From a virus, in the IMG/VR virus record IMGVR_UViG_3300011441_000010: a DNA stretch of 58,222 bases; one strand, given 5' to 3'. The position numbers and the translations under genes were made by a program. Shown here piece by piece: positions 1-9,485 of the stretch. Numbering within the stretch: the stretch's first letter is position 1; every line of letters begins with the position of its first letter. The notes beneath the pieces were generated by a model that saw only the letters and a list, made by a program, of their open reading frames with translations, did no database searches and was not told the origin of the DNA.

Positions 1-123
1 CGGAACACATTCGGGGCGTCGGTCTACGTCGATCGGCTCTACTACTTCGACCCCCGGGAGTGAACGTGAACGCCAGCGAACTGGAAACCGCCATCCGCTC
101 CGCCCCGCCGTGGCTCCTCATCA
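1..123. repeat. Terminal direct repeat, copy 1 (identical to 58100-58222). Overlapping or terminally redundant ends of a complete phage genome unit
   Basis: Base-by-base comparison shows 1-123 equals 58100-58222. It covers the last 63 nt of the dnaE ORF plus the first 64 nt of the next ORF. Unit length is 58,099 bp. Confidence 0.95.
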
Positions 124-776
124 CGATCGCCGGACTGTTGGTAATCATGATGATCGCGGCAGGACCGTTCGCCGGGTGGTGCCTGGAGCGGAAGAGGACA
201 GCGCCGGAGCGCGCGTATACCCGAGCCGCCGCAGCGAAGTGGATCGAGACGGGCGAGGTCGACCTGACGGAGCTGCGGGCGGAGGAGCGCGCGAAGCTCA
301 GCCTGAAGCCCCGCAACGTCGAGGGCAAGGGCTCCGGGGTCTATCAGTCGCTCTCCCGGCCGGTCACGGAGGAGACCATCCACGGTATCCGGTTCCACGA
401 CGGAGTCTCGGTATCCCTCCAGCCTGACGACGTCGTGGTCATCGCCGACCGGGGAACCTTCGTCCGTGGCGAGGCACCGAAGATGCAGACCTGGCAGCAG
501 TCGACCTCCGAGTGGGTCATCCAGGAGCCTGCCGCGAACGTGTTCGACGCGGAGATCGTGGAGGAGGGGGACGACGGACTCAGCGAGGCAGAGCGCCAGT
601 TCCTCGCCGACCCGCTGGGCTCCTGGCTGCTGCTGCCGCTCGATGAGTACGACTTCCTGCCGACTGCGGATCAGGCGGTCTCGTTCCTCCTGCGGGCGGA
701 TCTCCTCACCGGCGAGGGCATGGACATCGAAACCGAGTGGGCCGCATGGAACCTCTATGAAGGAGCGAACGCATGA
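60..776 (+). CDS. hypothetical membrane protein (N-terminal TM helix, acidic C-terminus)
   Basis: 238-aa ORF. GTG start overlaps the dnaE stop (GAGTGA). Hydrophobic segment PPWLLITIAGLLVIMMIAAGPFAGW. Confidence 0.6.
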   Translation: MNVNASELETAIRSAPPWLLITIAGLLVIMMIAAGPFAGWCLERKRTAPERAYTRAAAAKWIETGEVDLTELRAEERAKLSLKPRNVEGKGSGVYQSLSRPVTEETIHGIRFHDGVSVSLQPDDVVVIADRGTFVRGEAPKMQTWQQSTSEWVIQEPAANVFDAEIVEEGDDGLSEAERQFLADPLGSWLLLPLDEYDFLPTADQAVSFLLRADLLTGEGMDIETEWAAWNLYEGANA

Positions 777-1258
777 AGCAGCTACGGTACACCTACTCAG
801 TCGCCGAGTGGAACCCTGATGAGGACATCGTGCTGGGGGAGGGCTCCGGTCCCGCCAGCCACGTCATCGCCAACCTGGAGCGGATGATCGAGATCATCAA
901 GGCCGAGGAGGCTGCCCGTACGGCTCCGGCCCGGCCGTCCGCCGTCGAGAAGGGTCAGGAGTTCGGCCGGGAGTTCTTCACCAAGGTGGCCTCGGGCGAG
1001 GAGCGGGCGGAGAACTGGACCCGCTACCTTCTGTCCAAGGCAACCGAGGAGATCCGGGCGGAGAAACCGGGGGTCACGGCTGACGAGATCGCCGAAGCGT
1101 TGGAGGAGCTGAAGCTCACGCCGGAGTTCGGGCTGGCGATCCAGGCCGGTCTCGCGTCCGGCGCGATGATCGAGCAGGCCCGTGAACTCCAGCGTCGCCG
1201 GGTCCAGACGGCCACTCCGGGCGAAGACCCCAACATGCCGGGGACGAGGGCAGTCTGA
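773..1258 (+). CDS. hypothetical protein
   Basis: 161-aa ORF with ATGA stop-start overlap to the upstream gene. Confidence 0.6.
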   Translation: MKQLRYTYSVAEWNPDEDIVLGEGSGPASHVIANLERMIEIIKAEEAARTAPARPSAVEKGQEFGREFFTKVASGEERAENWTRYLLSKATEEIRAEKPGVTADEIAEALEELKLTPEFGLAIQAGLASGAMIEQARELQRRRVQTATPGEDPNMPGTRAV

Positions 1259-1683
1259 TGCGAGACCTCAACGAACTGGCCCAGGAGATCCACGACAACG
1301 CTGTGGCGCACGGCTGGTGGGATAAGGAGTCCCACGAGGTCGAGGTCAACGGCTGCGGCATCGGAGTTTCGACGGAGCCCAGCGACCGCAACCCCTTCGA
1401 GGTGCTGGCGCTGATCCACTCCGAGGTCTCCGAGGTCCTGGAAGACCTCCGCAAGGGATTCGACCCGGCTGACCTCCACTTCGAGGTCAAGGGCGAGCAG
1501 GGTCTCTCCCGGAAGTACGTTCCCGGGGCCAAGCCCTGTGGCGTCCCGTCCGAGATGGCCGACATCATCATCCGCGTGCTCGACGCGTGCGCCGCCTGGG
1601 GGATCGACATCGAGCAGGCGATGGCCCTGAAGATGGAGTACAACATCAACCGCCCCTACCGGCACGGAGACAAGCGAGCATGA
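1258..1683 (+). CDS. MazG-like nucleotide pyrophosphohydrolase
   Basis: 141 aa. All-alpha NTP-PPase-like motifs EIHDNAVAHGWW, LIHSEVSEVLEDLRKG, EMADIIIRVLD. Start overlaps the upstream stop. Confidence 0.65.
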   Translation: MRDLNELAQEIHDNAVAHGWWDKESHEVEVNGCGIGVSTEPSDRNPFEVLALIHSEVSEVLEDLRKGFDPADLHFEVKGEQGLSRKYVPGAKPCGVPSEMADIIIRVLDACAAWGIDIEQAMALKMEYNINRPYRHGDKRA

Positions 1684-2102
1684 AGGCACGCATCCTCCCC
1701 CTCGGGGACATCGCGGAATTCGGCAAGACCGACTCGGCGGTGCTCTCGATCGTCATTACCCCGCACGAGGCGGGCGTGATCCTGGAGACGCTCGCCGACC
1801 CTACTGGTCTGGAGAGCGAGCCGATCCCGGTTCAACTTCTGCTGGGGTACCTCCGGGTCATCGCCGGAGGGGACGTCGGCACCGTCGAGGAGCAGCAGGA
1901 CGCGGTCAACACGGACGGCCGTTCCCTCCGGCGGAGAGCCCACGTCATCGACCCGGTCAACGTCATGATACAGGGCGGTTCCATCAGCACGGTCGGGCAC
2001 GTCAGCCCGAGCGTCATGGCTCGCCGAGTCGCTGAAGAGATGGGGACGCATGTCCAGCGCTGCAACTGCGAGTACCACCGGCTCGCCCGGGGTGGCCGGT
2101 AG
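1680..2102 (+). CDS. hypothetical protein
   Basis: ATG 1680 (MKARILPLGD...) overlaps the MazG-like stop (ATGA). It lies in-frame inside tracked ORF 1587-2102. Confidence 0.55.
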   Translation: MKARILPLGDIAEFGKTDSAVLSIVITPHEAGVILETLADPTGLESEPIPVQLLLGYLRVIAGGDVGTVEEQQDAVNTDGRSLRRRAHVIDPVNVMIQGGSISTVGHVSPSVMARRVAEEMGTHVQRCNCEYHRLARGGR

Positions 2103-2352
2103 GGATCGCGCCTACCCGGTACCGGCCGGACCTTCCATCATCGAGATGATCTGGAGCCGCCTGGTCGAGGAGACCTCCATCCTTCTGGACCTTGATGGCT
2201 GGGGGACGGCCGACGCGGTCAAGTGCCGGCAGATCGGGAAGTGCCTCGGATTGGCGGAGGCGCTCTCCATCCTTCTCAACCCCTACAACCCCAACATAGA
2301 AGAGGTGCGGACGGAAGTCATGCGTCGCATCCGGATCGGAGAGCAGGAATGA
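2092..2352 (+). CDS. hypothetical protein (start uncertain: 2050, 2092 or 2146)
   Basis: Tracked ORF 2050-2352. Its stop overlaps the next start (ATGA at 2349). Confidence 0.45.
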   Translation: MAGRDRAYPVPAGPSIIEMIWSRLVEETSILLDLDGWGTADAVKCRQIGKCLGLAEALSILLNPYNPNIEEVRTEVMRRIRIGEQE

Positions 2353-2717
2353 GCATGGCAGAAGTTGTCAAGGGCGTGGACCTGACCGCGCTGGGCACGC
2401 CGCACGAAACCCTGGGCGGAATGCTGGAGATCCGGTTCACCAACACTGACGGCCACACCGAGGTCTGGATGGTGAAGGCTGAAGACCTCGGGACCCCGGA
2501 CTTCATGCGGGACAACCGTGTTGTCAAGCTGGCCTACCTGGACTCGGGGGTCGACTCACGTGTCGGCCTCCTCCTCCAGCAGAACAGCGCCTTCCGCGAC
2601 CACATCGTTGACCACCACCGTGAACTCGCGGAGCTGGGGGCCGACTGGAGCTGCCATGCAGGCGTTCTCGCCGTTCCGCCCAAGGGGACAACGGCCGATG
2701 CCGAGAAGGCGGGCTGA
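2349..2717 (+). CDS. hypothetical protein
   Basis: ATG 2349 (MSMAEVVKGVD...) in-frame in tracked ORF 2223-2717, translationally coupled. Confidence 0.6.
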   Translation: MSMAEVVKGVDLTALGTPHETLGGMLEIRFTNTDGHTEVWMVKAEDLGTPDFMRDNRVVKLAYLDSGVDSRVGLLLQQNSAFRDHIVDHHRELAELGADWSCHAGVLAVPPKGTTADAEKAG

Positions 2718-2994
2718 TCACCCCTGCGGGACCTATAACGCCTATCAACTCCATATCCGGCGCGGAGAAATCTCCTGCGAACCCTGCCGCGAGGCTAACC
2801 GGGTCTATAACAACGAGCTACGCGCAACGAAGGATCAGCGGGCACAGGAGGCGGCACGAGCCGTCCGGCGGTACAAGGCGCTACTCCGGCTCGCACAGGA
2901 GTACCCGACGCGGTTCCGCGAGATCCTGGTTGAGGAAATGAAGGGGCTGGTATCGCTACCGCCCGAGGACGAGGAGACAGACGATGAGATGTAG
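2698..2994 (+). CDS. small Cys/His-motif protein, possible nucleic-acid binding
   Basis: ATG 2698 (MPRRRADHPCGTYNAYQLHIRRGEISCEPCREA...). Basic helical C-terminal part with an acidic tail. Confidence 0.5.
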   Translation: MPRRRADHPCGTYNAYQLHIRRGEISCEPCREANRVYNNELRATKDQRAQEAARAVRRYKALLRLAQEYPTRFREILVEEMKGLVSLPPEDEETDDEM

Positions 2995-4165
2995 CAGATG
3001 CGGGGCAGACCTCGTGGAGGTCGACAACCCGTTCCGCAAGGAGTTCCGCCACCGCCGTGGCGTCGAGTGCGCGGCGAGCGAGGCAGCGCTGGAGGTGCCC
3101 GAGCCGCACATCATGGCGCCGGACTCAGCAGTCTCGGGCCATGACCACACGGATGGCGCGTACCTTCCGAGTGGACCGGGCAAGGAGGTCTCGCGGTATG
3201 CCGACGCGGCGATGTTCCGGAGCGAACCCATGCCGTACAACGCGGATGGTCGGGTTGTGCCGACCGCCTACCTCCTCAACGCGACGCCGGACCCCCTGGG
3301 TAGCCTGGCGGCTCTGAATGCCATCTACACGGGCGGCGTGTACCGGAGCCTCGCCGACGTCACGGATGACATGCGCCGGGAAGCGCTTGTGGAGGTCCGC
3401 AAGAACAAGCTCCAGGGTCCGCTGGAGGTGATCCAGTTCCACTTCCTTCTGGAGGGCGTCAGCCGGTCGTTCACCCATCAGCTCGTGCGCGGGCGGAGGG
3501 CGTTCTACGCACAGGAGTCGCTCCGGTTTGCGGTCGTGGAGGGCGACCCCTGGACCAACCGGGTCGCCGTTCCGCCCAACTACCAGCTCTGGGCCCAGGA
3601 CCAGCAGGACGCATGGGAGGATGCCACCATCGCATCCCAGAACGCCTATCAGCACCTAGTCAATTCGGGAGTTCCGGCTGAGGACGCGAGGGGGCTCATG
3701 CCCCACGCCATGACGACCCGGGTCCATTGGGTCGTAACGCTCCGAGAGCTGCTGTACGTAGCAGGGGTACGTCTTTGTACCCAAGCACAGTTTGAATGGC
3801 GTACGGCCATGGCTAGCGTGGTCAAATCCATTCGCAACGCGTGCTGGACGCCGGAGGGTCCGGTCACCTCACTCGTCGGCCGGGCGAACGCGGCTCAGTA
3901 CGACTGGCAGTACAAGGCCATCGCCGATCTGCTCCGCCCGATCTGCTACCAGGAGGGCAAGTGCGGCTTCAAGGCGAAGGCCGACCGGTCCTGCTCGATC
4001 CGGGAGCGCGTGGACCAGAACGAGGCAGTCAACCGTCCCTCGTCCGAGTGGGGCGAGCCGATCTGGATCGGTGATCCGGACGTCGTGACGGACTACGGTC
4101 CGCCCTATCGTATCCAGGCAATCCAGCCCGCTGAGTGGCTCGCCGACCCGAAGGCAGCGCGGTAA
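2984..4165 (+). CDS. thyX: FAD-dependent thymidylate synthase (ThyX-like) with ~100-aa N-terminal extension
   Basis: VSRSFTHQLVRGRRAFYAQESLRF matches the ThyX signature RHR-X7-S, read here as RGR-X7-S. The N-terminus carries CSRCG. Confidence 0.75.
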   Translation: MRCSRCGADLVEVDNPFRKEFRHRRGVECAASEAALEVPEPHIMAPDSAVSGHDHTDGAYLPSGPGKEVSRYADAAMFRSEPMPYNADGRVVPTAYLLNATPDPLGSLAALNAIYTGGVYRSLADVTDDMRREALVEVRKNKLQGPLEVIQFHFLLEGVSRSFTHQLVRGRRAFYAQESLRFAVVEGDPWTNRVAVPPNYQLWAQDQQDAWEDATIASQNAYQHLVNSGVPAEDARGLMPHAMTTRVHWVVTLRELLYVAGVRLCTQAQFEWRTAMASVVKSIRNACWTPEGPVTSLVGRANAAQYDWQYKAIADLLRPICYQEGKCGFKAKADRSCSIRERVDQNEAVNRPSSEWGEPIWIGDPDVVTDYGPPYRIQAIQPAEWLADPKAAR

Positions 4166-4167
4166 CT

Positions 4168-4356
4168 GTGCGTAGCAACCGGCGTCTCCGCCGGGGGGAG
4201 GAGCCGGTGGAGTTCCGCCCGCTACCCGGGCAAGAAGGCGACTGGGCAGGTGCCGACTACCTACCCCGAGAGCCGATCTGGCTCTGGCTCGGCATCTACC
4301 CGGTCGCTGGGTACCTAGTACTTCTGTTGGCATACATGGGAATGGCGGCATTATGA
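4168..4356 (+). CDS. small membrane protein (start uncertain: 4135 or 4168)
   Basis: C-terminal hydrophobic helix PIWLWLGIYPVAGYLVLLLAYMGMAAL. The stop overlaps the next start. Confidence 0.4.
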   Translation: MRSNRRLRRGEEPVEFRPLPGQEGDWAGADYLPREPIWLWLGIYPVAGYLVLLLAYMGMAAL

Positions 4357-5042
4357 ACCACGAGGAACTGAGCGCGGCAGTCCAGGGCCTGCTGGGCTTT
4401 CGGATCGAGGAGCGCGTGAACGACGCGGTTCTGGTGCGGGGTGAGGGAACCGCGCACGTCACGGTTCGCCCGGCCACCAACGCTGAGGTGATGATGTACC
4501 TCCGGCTGCTCGGGCTCGTGTCTACCCTCAGCGACCAGACCGCCGCAGGCGAGAAGGCGCGCGAGATCGAGCGCCAGATGGGGGATGCGCTCCAGGCTGC
4601 CGACGCGCGGATCAAGGAGCTGATGATCGCGAACAAGGGTCTGGGGGAGGAGCGGGCGTTCCTCGCGGAGGTCCACCGGGAGCGCATCAACTCCATGCAG
4701 GCCAAGCACGACGCCGGACTCATCGCGGCGGCTGAGCGGATGCAGGAGGAGTGGCTGCGGAGGTTTGACGCTCTGAAGGCCGAGCAGGACAAGCGGGATC
4801 AGGCCTGGGCGAGGCAGATGGAGGACAGCGAGCACGAGATCCGGACGACCCGCTCAATGCTGGAGAACGCGGAGAGCGCTCGCGAGTCTGCTGAGGAGGC
4901 GAAGGAGTCGGCCGAGGAGATGGCCAGCCAGATGCACTCCCAGCTCTCGGACGCCGAGCAGAAGATCGTGGAACTGAAAGCCGAGAACGCTTCGCTCCAG
5001 GAGGAGCTGAAGAAGTTCGAAATGGCGGAGGAGAAGTCATGA
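4353..5042 (+). CDS. coiled-coil protein
   Basis: 229 aa, E/K/R/A-rich heptad-like sequence throughout the C-terminal two thirds. Confidence 0.6.
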   Translation: MNHEELSAAVQGLLGFRIEERVNDAVLVRGEGTAHVTVRPATNAEVMMYLRLLGLVSTLSDQTAAGEKAREIERQMGDALQAADARIKELMIANKGLGEERAFLAEVHRERINSMQAKHDAGLIAAAERMQEEWLRRFDALKAEQDKRDQAWARQMEDSEHEIRTTRSMLENAESARESAEEAKESAEEMASQMHSQLSDAEQKIVELKAENASLQEELKKFEMAEEKS

Positions 5043-5722
5043 GCAACGGACAGTTCAACCTGGGACCGCTGACCCCGGAAGAATTGGGGGCGTATGAGGT
5101 TCACGTCGGCGATGATTTGGCGCCACCGACCGGGAGCGAGGTCACGATGCAGATCAAGGCGGGCGGAGTCTCGCCAGAAGCCTTCATGCTGATCGCGACC
5201 GGGAGCACGCCCGAGGAGTGGGCGAAGGTGGGGCTTCACAAGTGGGAGCACTACCGGAACGTGGTACTCCCCTCGGGTAACCCAATCGCCATGGCGGTCC
5301 ACGAGCACGGGCTGCTGAAGCTGATCCCCTTCCTCATCGGTCGGCCGGACCTGGAGATCACACCCGAGGACGAGGAGCGGATCCACGGCGAGCAGAATCG
5401 GAATCGGCAAGTGGGGATCTCCAAGCAGCACATCTGGCACGGGCCGCACATGGAGAGCCCTAGGCATGAGCTGACGACTGAGGAAGTCGATGCGCTTCAG
5501 TCGGTCCTGAAGGGGGAGAGCATCGAAGGCTGGCATGCGCGCCAGACACAGTACCCGGCCGGGTCGCCGGAGCGTCAGATCCAGGATCTGGACGCGCGTA
5601 ACAACGACGACCCGCACCGGCACGAAGAGGACGCCCGGCCGTACCCCAAGGCTGGCCTGGACTTCGGGCCGCCGCTGGAGCTTCAGCCGGGCGAGGTCCC
5701 GCTGGAGCCGGACTGCGGATGA
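5039..5722 (+). CDS. hypothetical protein
   Basis: 227-aa ORF with ATGA overlaps on both sides. Confidence 0.6.
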   Translation: MSNGQFNLGPLTPEELGAYEVHVGDDLAPPTGSEVTMQIKAGGVSPEAFMLIATGSTPEEWAKVGLHKWEHYRNVVLPSGNPIAMAVHEHGLLKLIPFLIGRPDLEITPEDEERIHGEQNRNRQVGISKQHIWHGPHMESPRHELTTEEVDALQSVLKGESIEGWHARQTQYPAGSPERQIQDLDARNNDDPHRHEEDARPYPKAGLDFGPPLELQPGEVPLEPDCG

Positions 5723-5904
5723 TCGTGCCTATCTCGGTCTACGTCTTCATCATCGGGACCGCCCTGATCATAGCAGCGGTCTGCCTGGGGATCATCGCGG
5801 GCGGACGCTGGCTCTGGGGCCGAGTCGTGGATGCCTGGCGCCGGGCGGAACTCCGACGTCTGGCCCGAAGGTACAACTACCGCAAGGGGAACGGCAAGTC
5901 ATGA
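5719..5904 (+). CDS. small membrane protein
   Basis: 61 aa with N-terminal TM helix IVPISVYVFIIGTALIIAAVCLGIIAGG. Confidence 0.55.
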   Translation: MIVPISVYVFIIGTALIIAAVCLGIIAGGRWLWGRVVDAWRRAELRRLARRYNYRKGNGKS

Positions 5905-6575
5905 CTGAAGATGAGGTCTGGTACGACGGGACCTCGGGCGATCCAACCGTTGTCTGGTATGACGGCGGGGGCACTACCGGGTGGGCGGTCTTCTCCGTCC
6001 ACCCGGACGCGCTAACGGACCCTGAGTGCTTTGTGATGGATAACGTGACGTTCTTCGCGTGTGGGGAGTTCTACGGCAACGAGTTCATGCAGGTGGACCA
6101 GATGATCGCCCTCGCGGAGCTATGGCCCGGGGCGGCTCTCGGTGTAGAGCATTGGATCCTGTACGACACCCAGAAGGACCGCAAGGATGAGAACCTGACC
6201 AGCCTGGTCCGGATCAACGCGGCCTTCCGCTACGGACTCCACTCGCGGGCTATGCTGCGCCAGCACTACGCCGATAAGGGTGGGGCAATGATGCCAACCT
6301 TGCTCGGGGAGGGGGGTGCACCGGTGAAGCGGCCGATCCCCGAGGTCTACCGCCAGACAGCAAAGCTTGGGGTGCATGATATGCCGGAGGCTGCGCTCCA
6401 CTCCGCAACGTACCAGGGGAAGTCCCTCTACATCCTCACGAGGGGGAGCGAGCATGCCCGCGACGCGGCCCGTCACGGGATGACCTTCCTCAAGCGCCTG
6501 AAGGGGAACCCGAAGCTCCGCGCAGAAGCCTTCCCGGCCCTCGCGAGGCTCTCAGAGACCCCTTCAGCGGCGTAG
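5901..6575 (+). CDS. RuvC-like Holliday junction resolvase
   Basis: ATG 5901. VWYDGGGTTGWAVF (catalytic Asp region), ALGVEHW (Glu) and HARDAARH near the C-terminus resemble RuvC-fold resolvase motifs. Confidence 0.6.
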   Translation: MTEDEVWYDGTSGDPTVVWYDGGGTTGWAVFSVHPDALTDPECFVMDNVTFFACGEFYGNEFMQVDQMIALAELWPGAALGVEHWILYDTQKDRKDENLTSLVRINAAFRYGLHSRAMLRQHYADKGGAMMPTLLGEGGAPVKRPIPEVYRQTAKLGVHDMPEAALHSATYQGKSLYILTRGSEHARDAARHGMTFLKRLKGNPKLRAEAFPALARLSETPSAA

Positions 6576-6605
6576 AGTTCAGCCCCCGGAACGCGAGGAG
6601 CCTAC

Positions 6606-9242
6606 ATGAACACACCATATACGGAATCTGCCCGAGCGTACTTTGAGGCTGGCTGGTCGCCGATCCCGCTGCCCTTCGAACAGAAGTCCCCGGTGCCCGA
6701 CCAGTTCCCTGCCGGGACGAAGCAGATGTTTACCGGGGTGGGCGGAGTCTACGTCACCGAGGAGCACCTGAAGGTGTGGCTCTCCGCCAAGGGGAGGGCC
6801 AACGCAGGCAAGCTCTCCTATCCGCCCGGGAACGTGGCGCTCCGGCTACCTCCGGGGGTCATCGGGGTAGACGTGGACGCCTACGGGGACAAGAAGGGCG
6901 CCGAGACCCTCCAGGCTGCCGAACTGGAGTGGGGCGCTCTCCCGCCCACATGGGTGACGACGTCGAAAGACGATGGGGTATCAGGGATTCGGCTCTTCAG
7001 AATCCCTGAGGGTCTGAAGTGGCCGGGCCAACTGCCCCAGGGCGGAGGGGTGGAGCTACTCCGCTGGGACCACCGGTACTGCGTCGTGGGGCCGTCGATC
7101 CACGACAGGACCAAACGAACCTATGGCTGGTTCCGCGAGGTCGAGGAGGGTGACGATGGCGGGTACGTCATGCGGGCATCGCCGGATGAGTTCCCGGATG
7201 CGCCGGGTGACATCCCATGGCTCCCAACAGAATGGGTCGAGGGCCTGACCCAGGGGCAAGAGTTCCGCGCAGATGATGTGGACGAGTCGCTCGACGGGGA
7301 CAGGCTGAGGAAGTGGCTTGGAGAGCGGAACGACCCGGATAGCCCGTGTGCCCATATGCGGAAGATGCAGACGCGCTGGAGCGTCTCGGTGCAGAAGGGG
7401 TCGGATGACGGCGGGGCGCACGATGAGATGCGGGATGCCATCTGGGGCGCGCTGAACGACGCTAAGGCGGGGCACGCCGGAGTCATCAAAGTGTTGGCGC
7501 ACATGAAGAATGTGTTCCTGGAGGCGGTGAAGAACCGGCGCGCGGACGAGGGCGCCGCGAAAAGTGAGTGGGCGAGGGCGGTACTACGCGGTGGCCAGAA
7601 GGTCACGGCGGACGGGAACGAACCGGAGGAGGATGACCCATGCGAAGCGTTGCCGGGGACCAGGAAGGGTCCGGGGTCCAAATCGAGCGGATCGGCTGGT
7701 GGGGGCCGGAGCGGCTCACGAAGCAAGAAAGGTGGTGGAGCTTCGGAGCCGGGTGCCTCGTCCCCCTCGGGTACGCGGTCTGGCTCGCGTGGAACTTCCA
7801 TGGAAGACCCGGGACAGGTTGGGTCCCGCGACGTCGAGGAGTGCAACGAGAAGGGCAACGCTAACCGGCTCGTGCGGGTGATGAACGGCCGGGCGAGGTG
7901 GGTCGAGGCGTACAACAGTTGGTACCTATGGGATGCACGTCGGGGCATCTGGGGCGCTGACGCCGATCGGCAGGTGGACCGGTGGGTCGTGAAGGCGGTC
8001 GATGGGATCACGGAGGAGGTGGCATTACTTCAGGGCGAGGAGGCCGAGAAGCAGATCAAGGCGTTCAAGGCGCACCAGAAGTCCTCCTATAGCCAGTCCA
8101 ACCGGAGCGCCATGAAGGATATGGCGAAGGGGCGGAAGGGCATCATGCTCTCGGCCGACGCGTTGGACCTTGACGCGACACTACTGTGCGTAGGCAACGG
8201 TGTCGTGCGACTCGGCGAGGTGAACGGAGCGGGCGAGATCGCGTTAGGGCCGTACTCCCCGGACCACCACCTTACCATGGCGACCTCGGTGAAGTTCCGC
8301 CCAGGGGTCGGGCGAGGAATGTGGCACGAGTTCCTGGAGCGCTTCCTGCCCGATGTAGAGGTCCGAGAGTGGCTGCAGCGCATCGTCGGCTACTCGCTCC
8401 TGGGTCGGAACCAAGCGCGGCTCCTCGTGGTCCTGAAGGGGAAGACGAGCACGGGCAAGAGCACGTTCGCGGAGGCGATCCGAACGGTGCTCGGGGACTA
8501 CGGGGCGCTGATGACTGCGTCGATGCTCCGGGACAACGCCGATGACAAGCCCCGCCCAGACATCCTGGCGGCTATGCACCGGCGGCTGATCGTGGCGGAG
8601 GAGCTAGGCGCGGCTCAGCATCTCCATGCAGACCAGATCAAGCGGCTCACCGGGGCGACCCCAGTAACGGCGCGCGGTATGCGTAGCAACACGTACGTGA
8701 CCCGCGTACCGGCGTTCACGCCCTGGATCGTGTGCAACGACGTCCCGACGATCGAGGCAGCCGACCCGGCGCTGAAGCGGCGAACGCTTGTGGTGCCATT
8801 CAATGTCCAGATTCAGCAGAAGGATGAAGACATCAACTACTTCACCCGGCTGATCGAGGAGAGCGCCGAAGAGATCCTTGCCTGGGCCCTAGCGGGGCAT
8901 GCGGCCTACCTCGATAGGCCGAATCTGTCCGACCTCCCGGCAGGAGCCCTCGCAGCGGCTACGGAGTTCGCGGAGAGCATGAACGAGTTCTCCGCGTGGC
9001 TCTCCGAGTGTACGGATCGGGGTGAGGAGTTCTATGAATTGCCTTCCCGGCTCTACGAAAGCTATGAGGATTGGTGCCTGCGGAATGGGGTGACCGGGAG
9101 GGACAAACTGACCGGAACGAAGTTCGGAATGCGCCTGAACGCTCTGGAGATCCTGAAGGGTAGGCGGACGCTCGGGGGCAAGCAGCAGCACACGAGAGAG
9201 GGCATCAGGCTCGTCCGCGAGGGGGCTAACGAGTCGGTCTAA
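6606..9242 (+). CDS. bifunctional DNA primase-polymerase / D5-like P-loop helicase
   Basis: 878 aa. N-terminal prim-pol-like region (AGWSPIPLP, GVDVDAYGD), a G/S/R low-complexity linker, and C-terminal Walker A VLKGKTSTGKSTF. Confidence 0.85.
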   Translation: MNTPYTESARAYFEAGWSPIPLPFEQKSPVPDQFPAGTKQMFTGVGGVYVTEEHLKVWLSAKGRANAGKLSYPPGNVALRLPPGVIGVDVDAYGDKKGAETLQAAELEWGALPPTWVTTSKDDGVSGIRLFRIPEGLKWPGQLPQGGGVELLRWDHRYCVVGPSIHDRTKRTYGWFREVEEGDDGGYVMRASPDEFPDAPGDIPWLPTEWVEGLTQGQEFRADDVDESLDGDRLRKWLGERNDPDSPCAHMRKMQTRWSVSVQKGSDDGGAHDEMRDAIWGALNDAKAGHAGVIKVLAHMKNVFLEAVKNRRADEGAAKSEWARAVLRGGQKVTADGNEPEEDDPCEALPGTRKGPGSKSSGSAGGGRSGSRSKKGGGASEPGASSPSGTRSGSRGTSMEDPGQVGSRDVEECNEKGNANRLVRVMNGRARWVEAYNSWYLWDARRGIWGADADRQVDRWVVKAVDGITEEVALLQGEEAEKQIKAFKAHQKSSYSQSNRSAMKDMAKGRKGIMLSADALDLDATLLCVGNGVVRLGEVNGAGEIALGPYSPDHHLTMATSVKFRPGVGRGMWHEFLERFLPDVEVREWLQRIVGYSLLGRNQARLLVVLKGKTSTGKSTFAEAIRTVLGDYGALMTASMLRDNADDKPRPDILAAMHRRLIVAEELGAAQHLHADQIKRLTGATPVTARGMRSNTYVTRVPAFTPWIVCNDVPTIEAADPALKRRTLVVPFNVQIQQKDEDINYFTRLIEESAEEILAWALAGHAAYLDRPNLSDLPAGALAAATEFAESMNEFSAWLSECTDRGEEFYELPSRLYESYEDWCLRNGVTGRDKLTGTKFGMRLNALEILKGRRTLGGKQQHTREGIRLVREGANESV

Positions 9243-9298
9243 AGGTCGGTCTATCAGGGTCGGTCTAGTAGTCCAGGCCAGACCGACCCTAGACCGAC
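9233..9298. repeat. Iteron-like cluster of the motif GGTCGGTCTA: 3 direct plus 2 inverted copies
   Basis: GTCGGTCTA at 9233-9241. GGTCGGTCTA at 9244-9253 and 9258-9267. Inverted AGACCGACC at 9280-9288 and TAGACCGAC at 9290-9298. Confidence 0.75.
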
Positions 9299-9309
9299 TT
9301 GGAAACCGA

Positions 9310-9485
9310 ACCCAGTCTACAGCAAATGCCCTGGTCAAACCTATTACAAGTACTATATTAGTCTGGGTAGACTGGGTATATACCCTACGGGTTCATATCC
9401 GCGAGAATAGGGTTGATGCCCTGGTAGAGCGGTCGGGGGATACGGCTATGCAAGATTTGAATACGAAAAAATGAAACCCAGTCTA
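9310..9485. repeat. Second repeat set, ACCCAGTCTA(C), flanking an AT-rich stretch
   Basis: ACCCAGTCTAC at 9310-9320, its reverse complement GTAGACTGGGT at 9367-9377, and ACCCAGTCTA at 9476-9485. It shares the GTCTA core with the first set. Confidence 0.65.

Noticed and set aside
6606-9242. The G/S/R-rich low-complexity stretch inside the primase-helicase (about 7640-7800) could be a separate gene or a repeat element
   Set aside because: It is in frame and continuous with both flanking domains, so it is most simply an interdomain linker. The overlapping ORFs 7564-7881 and 7640-7864 are shadow frames.
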